Positions 38,712-52,223 of a stretch of 64,000 nucleotides of DNA are shown here, one piece after another (the stretch's first letter is position 1; the number at the start of each line of letters is the position of its first letter). The DNA comes from Eledone cirrhosa (lineage: Eukaryota), in assembly GCA_964016885.1 (NCBI GenBank), contig OZ024741.1, positions 44,082,001 through 44,146,000 of the forward strand, written 5' to 3'. The notes beneath the pieces were generated by a model. That model saw only the letters and a program-made list of their open reading frames with translations, did no database searches and was not told where the DNA came from. The translations under genes were made by a program, and so were the position numbers.

Positions 38712-38769
<58 letters not shown>

Positions 38770-38771
<2 letters not shown>

Positions 38772-39413
38772 TAAAATAACAGATTAAAGTTTAAGCAAAG
38801 AATCGCTGCTTTCACCCTTAACGGGATCTTCTGAAACTAACAAAGTCAATCTGTAAACGCAGAAGTAGATATTTCAAAAAACGTTGCAACCGGAGGAAGA
38901 CAGGAAAACGATACTTTGGTTCGTGGAAACGTTCGCTGGCAAAGAACGGGAAAAAACGAATATAATACGTCATTAATAGGAGCGGTGAAAAACAATTACG
39001 CGCAAAGACAGAACCACGTTTATGGTATAAAAGAGGTCGTAGACTAATGTTCTCTTAGGTGGTTCATAGAGACGTTCACTGGCAATGAACGAAAAAAACG
39101 AAGATAATACGTCATATGTAGAGCGTGGAGAACACTAGCACGCAAGGACAAAACCACGTAAAGGTATAGCAGAAGTCGTAGACTAAAATTTTAACTATGA
39201 GACCGAATGAATCTCCGCTACAGAGTTAAGAACAAAGTAAATAAATACAATACAGAAGTAATAGAAATAAATAAATACATACACGCAAACAAATACGTAC
39301 ATACACAAGCATATGCAAAACACTTACCATAGGTATACAAAACCACGTACATATAAATATGTGTGTGTGTGTATACGTGTAAATAAATAAATAAATAATT
39401 ATATAAACGTATA

Positions 39414-39415
<2 letters not shown>
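38770..39415 (-). mobile_element. Probable Penelope-type 3' region with a degenerate hammerhead and an internal ~143-bp tandem duplication
   Basis: Minus strand cAGAAGA-t-CCC-gttaa-GGG-t-GAAA at ~38803-38835; 38926-39047 resembles 39069-39186. Confidence 0.5.
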
Positions 39416-39453
<38 letters not shown>

Positions 39454-39887
39454 ACATATATATATATGTGTGTATATATATATAAGCTTCACCGCTTTCT
39501 ATCCTTGGCTATAGTGATTCTTGTATATAAATAAGTATTCGCAACCAACATTGCTCTTTTGAAGGAGAGCATTTTCATAAAATGATCACGTAAAATTATA
39601 TATAGACTATAGTCTATTTCACGCTAGTATGGTTTGAGTGAATGCCACTGAATTAAATATTTTAAAATCTTGAAGCTGAGCTGTAGGTCATTCGCATAAC
39701 ATACTGGAAAATATGTAATATATTCACAATTAAAAATAGAGTAAAAAGGAAAAAAATGTTTTTTCTTCCTCAGCGAAGCTATCCATTTTGTAGATAAACA
39801 TATCATATATGTTTATATATGTTTACATATCTTTTCATAAGGACGTCTATTATGCTTAAAGGTTATGTAAGTGTTACCGTAAGTGTG

Positions 39888-39944
<57 letters not shown>

Positions 39945-40192
39945 TGTGTGAGTATTTGTGTGTGTGTACATGTGTGTTTGTGGTTATATTGGGGTTTATC
40001 AACATAGATCCTAGTAAAGCTCTATTTATTATTATATATATAAGTGTGAGATGTACGTCTTGTCTTCCAGGAGCCGGATCTATAATAAATATGGATCTTG
40101 AAGCATCCATCTCGGAAACGTTCGTAAATGAGCCTATTCAAGAGAAAACTCAATGTGAAACCTCGTTTTGTTTCTTATATAGTTGTGGATAT

Positions 40193-40277
<85 letters not shown>

Positions 40278-40278
<1 letters not shown>

Positions 40279-40383
40279 CGAAGGAAATGTGTTAAGGAAC
40301 CAGGTGGACCATAACGCACCAGAGTACTCAATACTTAGGGTAGTAGAGTGGGAAATAGCAACGAGTAGGGCCTACTCGTTCCT
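40278..40383. mobile_element. Minimal tail-plus-hairpin insert in (TA)n
   Basis: AACGAGTAGG-g-CCTACTCGTT hairpin; tail homologous to 10243-10320. Confidence 0.8.
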
Positions 40384-40387
40384 ATAT

Positions 40388-40443
<56 letters not shown>

Positions 40444-40460
40444 GTGTGTGCATATATATG

Positions 40461-40494
<34 letters not shown>

Positions 40495-40781
40495 TATATA
40501 TATACACACACACAATGATTCACATACATACATTCACAAACATACATAAATATAGACCTTCATATAGGTATAAAGCCCGAATATGATGCTAATCACCTTG
40601 AAGTACATGTCTTTGTAAAATGTATCCTCCAACATTAATATTTATACACTTATATTTTCAATCATACGCTTGTCCACAATTATTCTTTCCAATTTCCTAA
40701 GTTATAAATACTGGAAGAAAATTCTTGGAGGGAATATTATTTAAATGGTATCTTCTTTAACATATTTTGAATTTGCACCTG

Positions 40782-40819
<38 letters not shown>

Positions 40820-41478
40820 TTTAAAGCAGAGTTCTATTATTCAATATATTTCGATGCCATAGAAGTTATAATATGTAATCTAATGTCGAAAATATAAGCT
40901 TTAGAAATAAAAGCAATATATTTAAATGTTATGAAAGAAAGTAATGTAATATTATTCAGTAAAATTTGAAAATGTCCAAGTTTATTTCACTATTAAATAA
41001 TTCTACATCCGAAAACATTTAGCAGCATATTCCAAAGCAGAAATTGCTTGAAATTCTCCAGAGTAAGCTTCCATGGTAACTTAAGTTTACGAGTTCTGCC
41101 AGGTGGATCTATTTGGGTGCAGTTTCGTTCCGATCAAGGATATTGTCACTTTTAGATTCTATAAATATCTATATTTAAATTGAAAACGTTGAAAGTGTTG
41201 TTCAGCCAAGGGCCTTCCCGGGAAGGTTTTTTCTTTGTTGCATATAGCATTAAGCTACTGAGAGTACAGATATGGCCCCCACCAACTCGAACGAATGCTC
41301 ACTTCTCCCAAGATTAATCCGAAACTGGTTTTGGTACAAATGTTCAATTGAGTGTAGTGGAATGACGGGAAATGAAGAGCCTAACTCAAGAAAATAATGA
41401 AGGCAGTCGATCAAGGAATTAAACTATGTATCAACACTTAAATGTATTTATACTCGTAATTAAATCTTCATTTGTGAA

Positions 41479-41785
41479 GCCACATGCCTTTGTGGTTAGA
41501 GTATTCGGCTTACAATTGTAAGGTTGTGAGTTCGATTCCCGGCGGTGCGTTGTGTGCTTGTGCTATGCACTTTATTTCTCGTTGCACTAGTCCACTCAGC
41601 TGCCAAAAATGAGTAGTACCTGCAGTTCTAATGTCCAAATTTGTCATATTATGTGTCACGCAGAATCCCCATGAAAAATATGTCTGTGGAATGCTCAGCC
41701 ACTTTCTCGTTAAATCACAAAGAGGCTGTTCCATTGATTGGATCAACTGGTCTACTCGTCGTCGTAACAGACAGAGTGCTTCAGA
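41479..41785 (+). mobile_element. tRNA-derived SINE family B (CORE-like body); a decayed relative lies near 57475-57570
   Basis: TGGTTAGAG A box, GTTCGATTCCC B box, then TTGTGTGCTTG..CACTTTATTTC..CCACTCAGCTG. Confidence 0.72.
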
Positions 41786-42137
41786 AAATGTTCATTACCA
41801 TAGCGTGATTTCCTATGACGATTGACCAATTTTCTCTGCGTACTTTTATAGAACTTCCTTGACGCATTGATATACACATGATTAACATGTAAATCTAAAA
41901 TATCTGCGAGAGATTTCAGAGAACATGGCGTCATTCCTCGTTTCTTCGCTAATCTTTCTATAAAGGAAACATATTTGGCAATATCAGTTACATTGAGTCA
42001 TTTTAGTCATTTAACAATATGCAAAAGCTGCTAAATACCTTTATTTGGTGTAAACATGTTTGTTGCAGTGTTATCGACTTGTTGCAGAGACATTAGAACA
42101 GTTCCAGTGAGACAACATCTTTGGTAGCAGGATACGC

Positions 42138-42300
42138 ACGAAGGTGGGCTGAAAAGTTCATAGGATGACTATGAAGGAGTGGTGCTTGTGATGTGATATC
42201 TTGCATGCATTAATTTCAAATGTTCTTATTGATAATATTGTTCCTTTCCAGGCACTATGAATATCTTGGCCAGTGCATTAACTTTTCAGCTGACCTTCGT
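42138..42300. mobile_element. Mariner-like MITE; decayed relative at ~52230-52320
   Basis: TIRs ACGAAGGTGGGCTGAAAAGTT / AACTTTTCAGCTGACCTTCGT. Confidence 0.72.
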
Positions 42301-42589
42301 ATAAAGAGTGAATGCATTTGCGTGTATGTTTTAATTTCATGATTAAAATGTATCCTCAACAATATAATTACTTTAGTCTCAATGTACCTTGGCTTTAAAT
42401 CAAATTAATTATCTAACACAGACGACCCCAAATTGTAACATTTGTTATTTAGTAAACACAAGTTTCAAAATAGCCAAGCTTCAATCTTTATAATATATAT
42501 TATTTCCTCGAATTCCATCTTAAATATTGTTTAAAGTTCGATTTATATCAGTTCTTACATAAAATCAAGTTACTTATTTGTTGGATGTA

Positions 42590-43011
42590 CTCTCGGGTCT
42601 CGAATAATCAACAACCTTGCCCCAGTTATTACTTATTCAGATTTTTTTTCACGCTCCCCCCATCCCGCACCGCTCTTATTCCATGCCTTCTTATTTAATT
42701 TTGCTAATCTATCTCCAGCGAAATTCTATTTTAAGTGTTAGCATTCCTACAACAATTAATTATATTTATACATTAAAAAGCATTATACATAACAAAAAAG
42801 TACATTACTAAACATCTCATAAGTTATACAATAATTAGGATGGGTTGGGGTCTTAATATGTAAACTAAACGACTAATTCTGTTTTTTTTATAAATTTTAA
42901 ACCTACCGATTTCCTCCTAGCTTATTCCCCCACCCTCTGCTAGTTCCAACTACCCTCTGTTTTACCTCACCACTCGCTTATTTCAACCCCTTATTATTTG
43001 GGACCCGAAAG
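42590..43011. mobile_element. MITE with TA TSD (Tc1/mariner superfamily)
   Basis: ta|CTCTCGGGTCTCGAATAAT ... ATTATTTGGGACCCGAAAG|ta. Confidence 0.7.
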
Positions 43012-43239
43012 TAATAAGGCAATTACTAATGGATTACATTAACGATCTGATGTGAAGAACAAAATAATAATTTGTTAAGAGATTGGAAAATTATACAAAC
43101 CCATGTAAATGCTAAGCTTCTAAAGCAAAATGTGTATGTGAATCATGGCCTTATGTAATGTGAAAAAAAATTAGGAATCATGATATTTATTGAAAATCTT
43201 CCTTACAATGCAATCACATTAAAGAAGAGGCAATATATA

Positions 43240-43347
43240 TTGTTTCTACTTTTGGCACAAGGTCAGCAATTATCCAGTGCATTACTGGTACTTTGTTTTT
43301 ATCGACCCCGTAAGGATGAAAGGCAAAGTTAACCTCGGCGGGATTTG
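43240..43347 (-). mobile_element. SINE family A, 5'-truncated
   Basis: 3' half only. Confidence 0.88.
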
Positions 43348-45249
43348 CAGCTTGAAAGAAATATCTGGAGAACATGATAGAATATTTATTGAGGTAAATG
43401 TATTACTGATGCCATCTGGTACGTTAAAAATATATGGAGATGCGCGCGCGTCTGTTGGTGGGAGTGTTATTACATACAGCCTATTTTGAACATTTTAAAG
43501 ACTGGTGGGAAAAGAGAGAAGAGAGAGAAAGAGAGAAAGAGGGCAAAGGAAGAAGAAGAAGAAGAAGAAGAAGAATCTCCAGCATTGGGATTGTATTTTA
43601 GATACGGACATCAAAAGCATGAAAGGTAAAAATAGTGGTACACATGGGATTTGAACTTTGCCAAATACGTTGAATCAGACAGAGACTAAAACATATAGAA
43701 TTTTGTCAATATTTGTGATATGTGTGATATTGATTTAAACACAGACACACACATATACATGACATCATGAATAAATTATATTTGTTTGATTTCTTTTTTA
43801 TTATTTTATTTTTGAATAATTCATTGTTTTTTTAATCTGCCAACAGTTGCAAGCGGTAGATAGTATCAGCAATGGATAAGACTAATGGAAACATGGTTTC
43901 CTTGATCCATTTTGAGGAGGTCCACCCCACTCGTAAAGCGAATGAGGTCTGGGCTTTTGCCGATTGATTTTCCTATCCTATATATTTGTCGTAACGATTC
44001 AATTTAAAGCAGTTATCGATATATTTTTGCAATGCACCTCCATTGGTTTCGATAATGAGTTCACGAGTTGTTCGATTGACGAAATTATCACGCATGTGTC
44101 TGAACATTACATAGAAATGTATATCTTGAAATAATTTTCAGAGAAACTCTTCCTAACATTGTGTAACATGACTATCCCTTTGAATTAGAGACCAAGTCCG
44201 ACCTATGAGATGTCAAATGCATTCCGTCCATCCAATTTCATTCGCAGGGTTTGAATAAAATAAAATCTCCGTTAAATGACACACGCCCAAGATACTACTC
44301 TCGTACATATGTATTTATGTTGAAGTATACATCTCTATTTTGAATGTACGTACGAAAACAAGTATTGATTATTTACCACAGCATTACTTTAAGCGATTTT
44401 AACTGGATAATTTGCATTCAAGCTACATAACTAGGAGAGGACGTTTCGTTCATGTTTGCTAAAATTGATATTCCTCGAGAAGATTCAGTCTTGAATGAAA
44501 TAAAGAATAAAATAGATGTTCACTGGAAGATTTGCTCCTGGTTAAAGAAAATTAAAGATATTCATGCTGTTTGTTATACTTTTGTTGTTATTTTTGTAGT
44601 CATGTTTTATATTCTTGCGCTTCATATCCTTATCTAGAACCTTCTACGTATTTCTCTCATTCTTCTACAGTATCTTCATATTTTGTTATCTTATTGAGCA
44701 TTTGATCCGACTTATCTTCATTGTACGTTACATTTTTTTACGTCCCCATAGATCCTTTTTTTATCTAATTATTTCTCTTTTTCCCTTCCGTTCCTTATCA
44801 TTTTTCTTCTCATTGATATAATTATTTACCATTTCTTTTCTTCATGTTTCCATTATCTCCTTCTCCACCACTATTGTCTACATCATTTACACGAAACTTT
44901 ATTTTATAGTCATTATGTTTATTTCTTTTAATATTTGATTCTGCAAACACAATTATCTTCTTACCATAACATTGATAAATACTCATCGTTTTGTTTTGTT
45001 CTAACATTTTACAGTTCGGTATTTCTTCCTTAATTTATAAAGAAGATGGCAACACATGCATTCCAAAGAAACAAATACACGCAGCAGAGTTTCCTTCTCA
45101 CAATTGTTATATAAATCTTTTGAACTACGAATCATACTGACATGCAGTAACGATTTTTTTTTAATGTAATTTGGGTGTCTTTTGCATCATGGTGTATTCC
45201 AAAAATAATTTGTAGCATTTAAATCATGTTTTAAATCCAAATATTAAGG

Positions 45250-46560
45250 TACGTTAGAATTAGCCATCAAATTAAAGATTTGTGTTAGGCAGGGAAAAGT
45301 TATTAGGCCTGTTAGTCAACACTATGATGAATAGATTTTAATAAAGCTTTTTTTTGCTGCATTGACGTGTGGTGGTGAAGATTTTAAGAAGATTCAAACG
45401 TTGAGTTTGAATTATTATGGATGAATATGGATTATTATGGATTAATATTTTTGATATTATTTTGATTTATTTGTTGATTGTAATGTATTCATTAATCGTG
45501 AGTACTTAGCGTCTTTCATCCATTCAATTTATTTCATTGGAGACACGTTGTAGGATATTCCTTATGGCTTCGGTTGATGTGTGGCGTGAATGACTTGTAG
45601 ATGTAAGTAATGCCTAGCGACGTTATTTGGCATACATGACATGGGGGGAGATGGCTGATATTAAGACTGCTTACTTAGTAGGAAAAGGAAAGAAAGGCGA
45701 GCAAATTGCTATCAGAAGGGGAAGTGGAAGGGTTGGCGTCCATATCTTAATTCACTTCCATTTGGAAGCATATGAGTTCATTTCATTACTGTTCCTATAA
45801 ACGTTTAACACGGTTGATACCTGGTTGAACAGAAATACGCCCATGTTTAGAAAGAGGTGATAATTAATAAAATTTAATTATTTAATTGTTTGTTATGTTT
45901 TATAAATGATTAGTGAAGGATTATTGTTTTATAGTGTTTTTAATTTCTTCAATGCAGTTTTTTTCCCTTTTTTTAAAGCTGTTCTGTAACGAACTGTCAC
46001 TATGTTTGTAGGGTTTGGCTAGAATGTATGCCTCGTTTAGTATATGTTCCTGCTTTAATCTTTCTTAAATATGTATGATTTCGAGTTGTTTGTATCGCAT
46101 TCAGTTTCTGATTTAAATTTTATTTGATATTGTTGTTTCGTGTTGGGTTTACTTCAATCTAGTATTTTTCGTTTGTATTTCTATTTGTAGCTTACATGTG
46201 CGCTTGTATGTAGTCTGCCGGAGTGGCTGGTTGTTTTCTATTGTCGTGTCTCAGTTTATATTTAGTTTCAATAAGTTCATCAATCACTGAGGCTGTAATA
46301 CCATTTCCTCACAGTTTTCTATTTGTTGAGATAATAGTTATTTATTTCGGGAGGTGAAGGTATATTTAAAATAGTGGTCGAATTAATGGCCGGGTCTCAT
46401 TTATTTTTATTCGTGTCTATCGTATCAGTAAGTGGGATAGGGTTTGGATTAGGTTAATATGTGATTGCATGGTTTGGGTTTGGTTGGTTCGGGTTCGGGT
46501 TCTGGTTGTTGTACTTGAGGTTTATTTCGGTATATGTCTCTATATTGGGTCAGTTTCGTT
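45250..46560 (-). pseudogene. Possible heavily decayed LINE RT remnant
   Basis: Minus strand reads HVMYA..LLTS..ILQRVSNEI..WMK, spaced like the YADD..LQ..W region; strong strand skew. Confidence 0.35.
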
Positions 46561-46582
46561 CTTGATATACGATAGAAAATAA

Positions 46583-46796
46583 AGGTTTCTTATATAGGCA
46601 CAAGGCCAACAATTACGGGTCAGGGCAAATTAGATTAAATCGACCCCAGTGCGTGATGGTTCTTTATTTTATCGACCCTGTAAGGATGAAACGCAAAGTT
46701 AACCTGGGCGGGATTTGAGCTCAGACCACAAAGGGCCGTAACTATGCTGCAAAGCATGCCATCCGACCCTCTACCGCTACTGCCAATCCACCGCCC
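46583..46796 (-). mobile_element. SINE family A, long-tail variant, with TSD
   Basis: TSD gatagaaaataa at 46571 and 46802. Confidence 0.9.
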
Positions 46797-47098
46797 TAAA
46801 TGATAGAAAATAATGTTTGGCTGTTATATGGATTATATGAAGGTGCAATGGCAATTAGAATATAGAAACCACGTAACATGACATCTGCAATTATGATGAC
46901 ATCCCTCGTCCCATGGCAATAATTGTTGTAAATTGGTTGTAATGCTGGGAGGATGTGGAATAGGGATTTGATGGACATGATTTGTTTGTCTTGTGCGGTA
47001 TTCTCTTGTGAATGTGGCCTACGTTTGTTTGAGACTGTGCACTGCTTGCGTACTGGTTTAGCCAATTGACGGTCAGATACATACATACACACACACAT

Positions 47099-47164
<66 letters not shown>

Positions 47165-47280
47165 ATTTATTTGAGAGAGAGAGAGATTGTAATGTCCAGT
47201 TACTGTAGTTTCAGCAAATTGAACACTCGATGCGTAGTTTCGGTAATTATAGAGGTGAAGAAGCAGCGTGTAATAATAAT

Positions 47281-47850
47281 AATTGTTCCTACCTTTGGCA
47301 CAAGGTCAGCAATTAACCAGTACATTACTGGTACTTTATTTTATAGCCCCCGTAAGGATGAAAGGCAAAGTTAACCTCAGCGGGATTTGAACTCAGACCA
47401 CAAAGGGCCGTAACTCTATGTTGCAAAGCATGGCGTCAGACCCTCTACCGATACTGCCAATCCACCACCATTCGTGTAATAATTATAATAATAATTGTTT
47501 CTACTATTGGCACAAGGCCAGCAACTACCCAGTGTATTACTGGTACTTTATTTTATCGACCCCGTAAGGATGAAAGGCAAAGTTAACCTCGGCGGAATTT
47601 GAACTCAGAATGGCAAGGGCCGTAATTATATTAATAATAATGGTTTCTTATATAGGCACAAGGCCAGAAAATTTGGCGGAGGGGAAATTCAATTAAATCG
47701 ATCCAGTGTATTACCGGTACTTTATTTTATCGATCCTGTAAGGATGAAAGGCAACGTTAACCTCGGCGGGATTTGTACTCAGATCCTAAATGGCCGTAAC
47801 TCTATGCTGCAAAGCATGGCGTCCGACCCTCTACTGATACTGCCAATCCC
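47281..47850 (-). mobile_element. Three stacked SINE A copies (47281-47470, 47494-47625, 47641-47850) in AAT-rich tracts
   Basis: Same orientation; first copy has TSD cgtgtaataat. Confidence 0.92.
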
Positions 47851-48409
47851 GTGCGCTCTAATAATAATAATTATAATAATAATAATAATAATGACAATTG
47901 CATTTATTGACTAGTGACTCGCGATTCGCTGATGATCACCTCAAGGTTCGATATGTATCGATCTGGCACGACTATGGAATCAAAAGCTCGTCGAACCTCT
48001 ATACATGATATATCTGTAACATGTATTCTGGAAGTTTTGAGACTTCTTCAGCAGATCCACTTATTAATTTCAAAGTAGTACAACATACTAATCACTTTCA
48101 ATGTCGGATCCTCTGACTTCACTGCACTTGTTGTAGAACATTACATAAGTTTCTGTAGCATTTATTGCATACCAGTCTTCCAAATTGCCTTCATGTCCCG
48201 ACTGCGTTCTCTAAACTAGCCAGCTGTAACAAGCAGTGTTTAGAAAAACATGTTCAAATTAATTGTCTCATTCATTCTGAAATAATAAGAGTTGGCAGGT
48301 CAGTTTATTAGATGTATATTAATGTTATTATAGAATTAAAATAATCTACGACAGTTATAACTGTCTCTCCTAAACACGTTTCAAAACTTCTAGGATGCTA
48401 TATATATAT

Positions 48410-48562
48410 CACATAAGAAACGGAGAATCATATGTCTAATAAATTTTATTCGTCGCAACACTGATTCTCCGTTTCTTATGTGTTATCATACTCTGCTCTG
48501 TAAGAGCATCGAGTGCTCAAACGGTCTACCGCCTACGGAGGCTTTAAGCATCCTACACCAAT
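48410..48562. repeat. Short inverted repeat plus one-sided tail between (TA)n tracts
   Basis: Arms 48410-48430 and 48462-48482. Confidence 0.8.
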
Positions 48563-48786
48563 TATATATATATATATATATATGAGAAAGTGAGTTTTTT
48601 TACAGAATGAAAAAAAAACGAGGTGTTCTATACGAGTGAAAGGATAAGGAAAAAAGATGAAATCGAAAATGCAACTGGAGGCTTTTTATATAAAAATATA
48701 TATTTATTTGGTTCCTTTACCGGTTTCGCAGTTCTTCTGCTTTTCAAAAGTAGAAATAAGATGGAGGGTTTTTGGTTCTTCTCACA

Positions 48787-48830
<44 letters not shown>

Positions 48831-49101
48831 ATAATAGCAATGTTTATACTTATATATGTTTAATATATAATTATAAATATGGAAGGTAGTACTAAGTACT
48901 AGCCGGTTACCCGTATGACAAAAGGCTCAATGCAAATTTTCAAGTATTTTACAGAGCCGAGATACAAAGTGTTAAAACAATCAAATCTTAGTTTAATACA
49001 TTTATTTGCTGACAATTATTTCTTCCAGAGGGAAGGCTGGAATCATCGGAGCATAGGGAATGTCTAAACAGGTGATTAAAATCCTAGACATTCAGAACAT
49101 T

Positions 49102-49812
49102 TAGGTAGATACATAAGTGTTGTTAGTGTCCTAGACATCATGTAGAGTATCGGGAGTTAAACATATGTTATGCTTGAGAGAACACAATTACAAGGAGCAC
49201 TGGTGGAAAGTGCAAGAGGTACAAGCAAAGAATACCTCTTGCACTTTCCACCAGTGCTCCTTGTAATTGTTTTCTCTCAAGCAAAACAACTTTTTAACTC
49301 CTGATTCTCTACATGATGTCTAGGACACTAACAACACTTATGTATCTACCTGGAATATATATTAAGAGAAACTTCACAATAAGGGGAATCAGCCCAACAC
49401 TTGAATCTGTTGATGGAATCCTTTCTGCCTTTGTCACCCTTATTTCAGCCTTAAAGAATTAGCCTCTAAAGAATTTCCCTTTTCTTTAAACCATTGAACC
49501 CAACCAATCCTGTAGATATCTGTCTTACAGGCATTGTTAGTCTAAGTGATAAACTAGGATTGGTATTCCAAATTTGAATTTGTTTACAGTATGCCGTTGT
49601 TAATATTATAGCTTTAAAGAATTAGCTTTTAATGAACTCCCTTCTCTTTAAATCCTTCAACCAATGGCCTTCACCCAACCAAATCCCCACCCACTCCTAC
49701 CACCAGAAATGAAAATATATAAATATCACTTCTTACTTGGACAGCCAGCTTCCTGATGATTTCTCACGAATGAAACAGTTCTAGTCCTGTAGAAGCTCTT
49801 CTACATTAAAAC
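49102..49812 (+). mobile_element. Penelope-type non-coding fragment with a 5' fold-back (arms 49102-49221 and 49233-49351) and a hammerhead, ending at (TA)n
   Basis: Inverted repeat seen directly; hammerhead at 49747. Confidence 0.75.
49747..49797 (+). ncRNA. Complete type I hammerhead ribozyme
   Basis: Stem I AGCTTC/GAAGCT; core CTGATGA; stem II t-TTC-tcac-GAA-t; GAAA; stem III ACAG/CTGT; GUA cleavage triplet. Confidence 0.85.
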
Positions 49813-49906
49813 TATATATATATAAGGGCGGTGCCCCAGCATGGCCTCAGCCGGATGGCTGAGACAGGTAAAAAAGTATATGCATACATATATGTGTGTG
49901 TGTATA

Positions 49907-49954
<48 letters not shown>

Positions 49955-49957
<3 letters not shown>

Positions 49958-50738
49958 AATTAGTATATCTACTAACATATATATACAGATGCATACCTAT
50001 GCTAGTAAATATATAGGTTTTGTCTTAGTAATGTTGTGGTTCAATGCAAGGGGATGCAGAACAATAATATGAAAGACGTAAAAAAAGAAAATTATAAAAA
50101 TTAACTTACTTACTAAAATTTCACTCCATCTAATTAGTTTCTGAAAGGGAATAAACATGGTTTTAGTAAGTAAGTTAATTTTTATAATTTTCTTTTTTTA
50201 CGTCTTTCATATTATTGTTCTGCATCCCCTTGCATTGAACCACAACATTACTAAGACAAAACCTATATATTTGCTAGCATAGGTATGCATCTGTATATAT
50301 ATGTTAGTAGACATACTAATTATTTATAATTATCTCCAAATTATTTTGTTGAGCAAAAATTTTCCAAAACTGCTACTATAGTTCATAGTAATGGTTCGGC
50401 TGCTGTCTTCTTAACACACCACTCCTCACTGATTAACCTCGATGTCACGTGATTGATTCTTTTGAATTTGCTACCGACCGAGTAGGCAGTGATTTTTTCA
50501 ATGTCTTGGAACTTAGTCCACGCTTTGCTTTTTTCCATCCACTGAATTATTTTTGTATCAGTTCCCTGTGTCCGCGCATTGCCTAGAAACTTAGCTGAGA
50601 ATAGACTTCCCTGATGACGAAAGGATTTCTCCGTGAGTTTCTTCGGAAACCATGTTAATTCCCTTTCAGAAAGTAATTAGTTGGAGTGAAATTTTAGTAA
50701 GTTAATTTTTATAATTTTCTTATTTTACGTCTCTCATA
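49955..50738 (+). mobile_element. Inverted-plus-direct pLTR composite with hammerhead core at 50611-50656
   Basis: Arms 49957-50118 and 50160-50325; 50647-50738 is the reverse complement of ~50068-50162; CTGATGA-CGAA..TTCG-GAAAC. Confidence 0.82.
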
Positions 50739-50760
50739 TATATTTATATATATATATATA

Positions 50761-52061
50761 TAGCCCTCGTTCGTGTAGGTTCTATTCTCTAAGCGCTCAT
50801 ATATTCACCTAGCTTATGCTAAACAGAATAATTTTTGAAGCTTGTTTCTGTCCCCTACGGTATGCTATACTTTCGGTTGTTCTCCTGTCTCACTCGCTTT
50901 ACGCGTTTTAATTGTCCTAATAACTTATTTTGGTTATTATTGCACCGAAGTGAGATATATGATTTTTAATGCAATGAAATATCTATGATCTTCGGCAAAT
51001 CACTGATGAGGGACTTATTTTATTACATGTTATCCATGTGCTACCTGCAGTATTTTTCTCTATATTTTAATACATATATTTACCACTGCGATTCTGTGTT
51101 TTTTTCTCTCTCTCTTACTGTTCCCCCATTCTCTCTGTTTCTCCCCCTCTGTCTTGTCCGTTAACTCTTCCTCACACTTTCACTCACTCACTGTTTTTCT
51201 CCCTCTTCTCTTCATTTCATCCTGCACTCACGAACGCTATATTTTTCTCTCTCTGCTCATAGCCCTCGTTCGTGTAGGTTCTATTCTCTAAGCGCTCATA
51301 TATTCACCTAGCTTATGCTAAACAGAATAATTTTTGAAGCTTGTTTCTGTCCCCTACGGTATGCTATACTTTCGGTTGTTCCCCTGTCTCACTCGCTTTA
51401 CTCGTTTTAATTGTCCTAATAACTTATTTTGGTTATTATTGCACCGAAGTGAGATATATGATTTTTAATGCAATGACATATCTATGATCTTCGGCAAATC
51501 ACTGATGAGGGACTTATTTTATTACATGTTATCCATGTGCTACCTGCAGTATTTTTCTCTATATTTTAATACATATATTTACCACTGCGATTCTGTGTTT
51601 TTTTCTCTCTCTCTTACTGTTCCCCCATTCTCTCTGTTTCTCCCCCTCTGTCTTGTCCGTTAACTCTTCCTCACACTTTCACTCACTCACTGTTTTTCTC
51701 CCTCTTCTCTTCATTTCATCCTGCACTCACGAACGCTATATTTTTCTCTCTCTGCTCATAGCCCTCGTTCGTGTAGGTTCTATTCTCTAAGCGCTCATAT
51801 ATTCACCTAGCTTATGCTAAACAGAATAATTTTTGAAGCTTGTTTCTGTCCCCTACGGTATGCTATACTTTCGGTTGTTCTCCTGTCTCACTCGCTTTAC
51901 GCGTTTTAATTGTCCTAATAACTTATTTTGGTTATTTTGCACCGAAGTGAGATATATGATTTTTAATGCAATGAAATATCTATGATCTTCGGCAAATCAC
52001 AGATGAGGGACTTATTTTATTACATGTTATCCATGTGCTACCTGCAGTATTTTTCTCTATA

Positions 52062-52067
<6 letters not shown>
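50761..52067. repeat. 499-bp tandem repeat, ~2.6 copies, flanked by (TA)n
   Basis: Units start at 50761, 51260 and 51759; near-identical. Confidence 0.96.
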
Positions 52068-52126
<59 letters not shown>

Positions 52127-52150
52127 CGATAGAGAGAGTTGGGAGAAAGA

Positions 52151-52223
<73 letters not shown>

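Noticed and set aside
46583-47850. CRISPR-like repeated units
   Set aside because: These are ~190-bp SINEs in eukaryotic DNA, with no repeat-spacer periodicity and no cas genes.
48897-48930. Helitron 3' end on the minus strand
   Set aside because: CTAG is present but the hairpin is degenerate and no 5' end was found.
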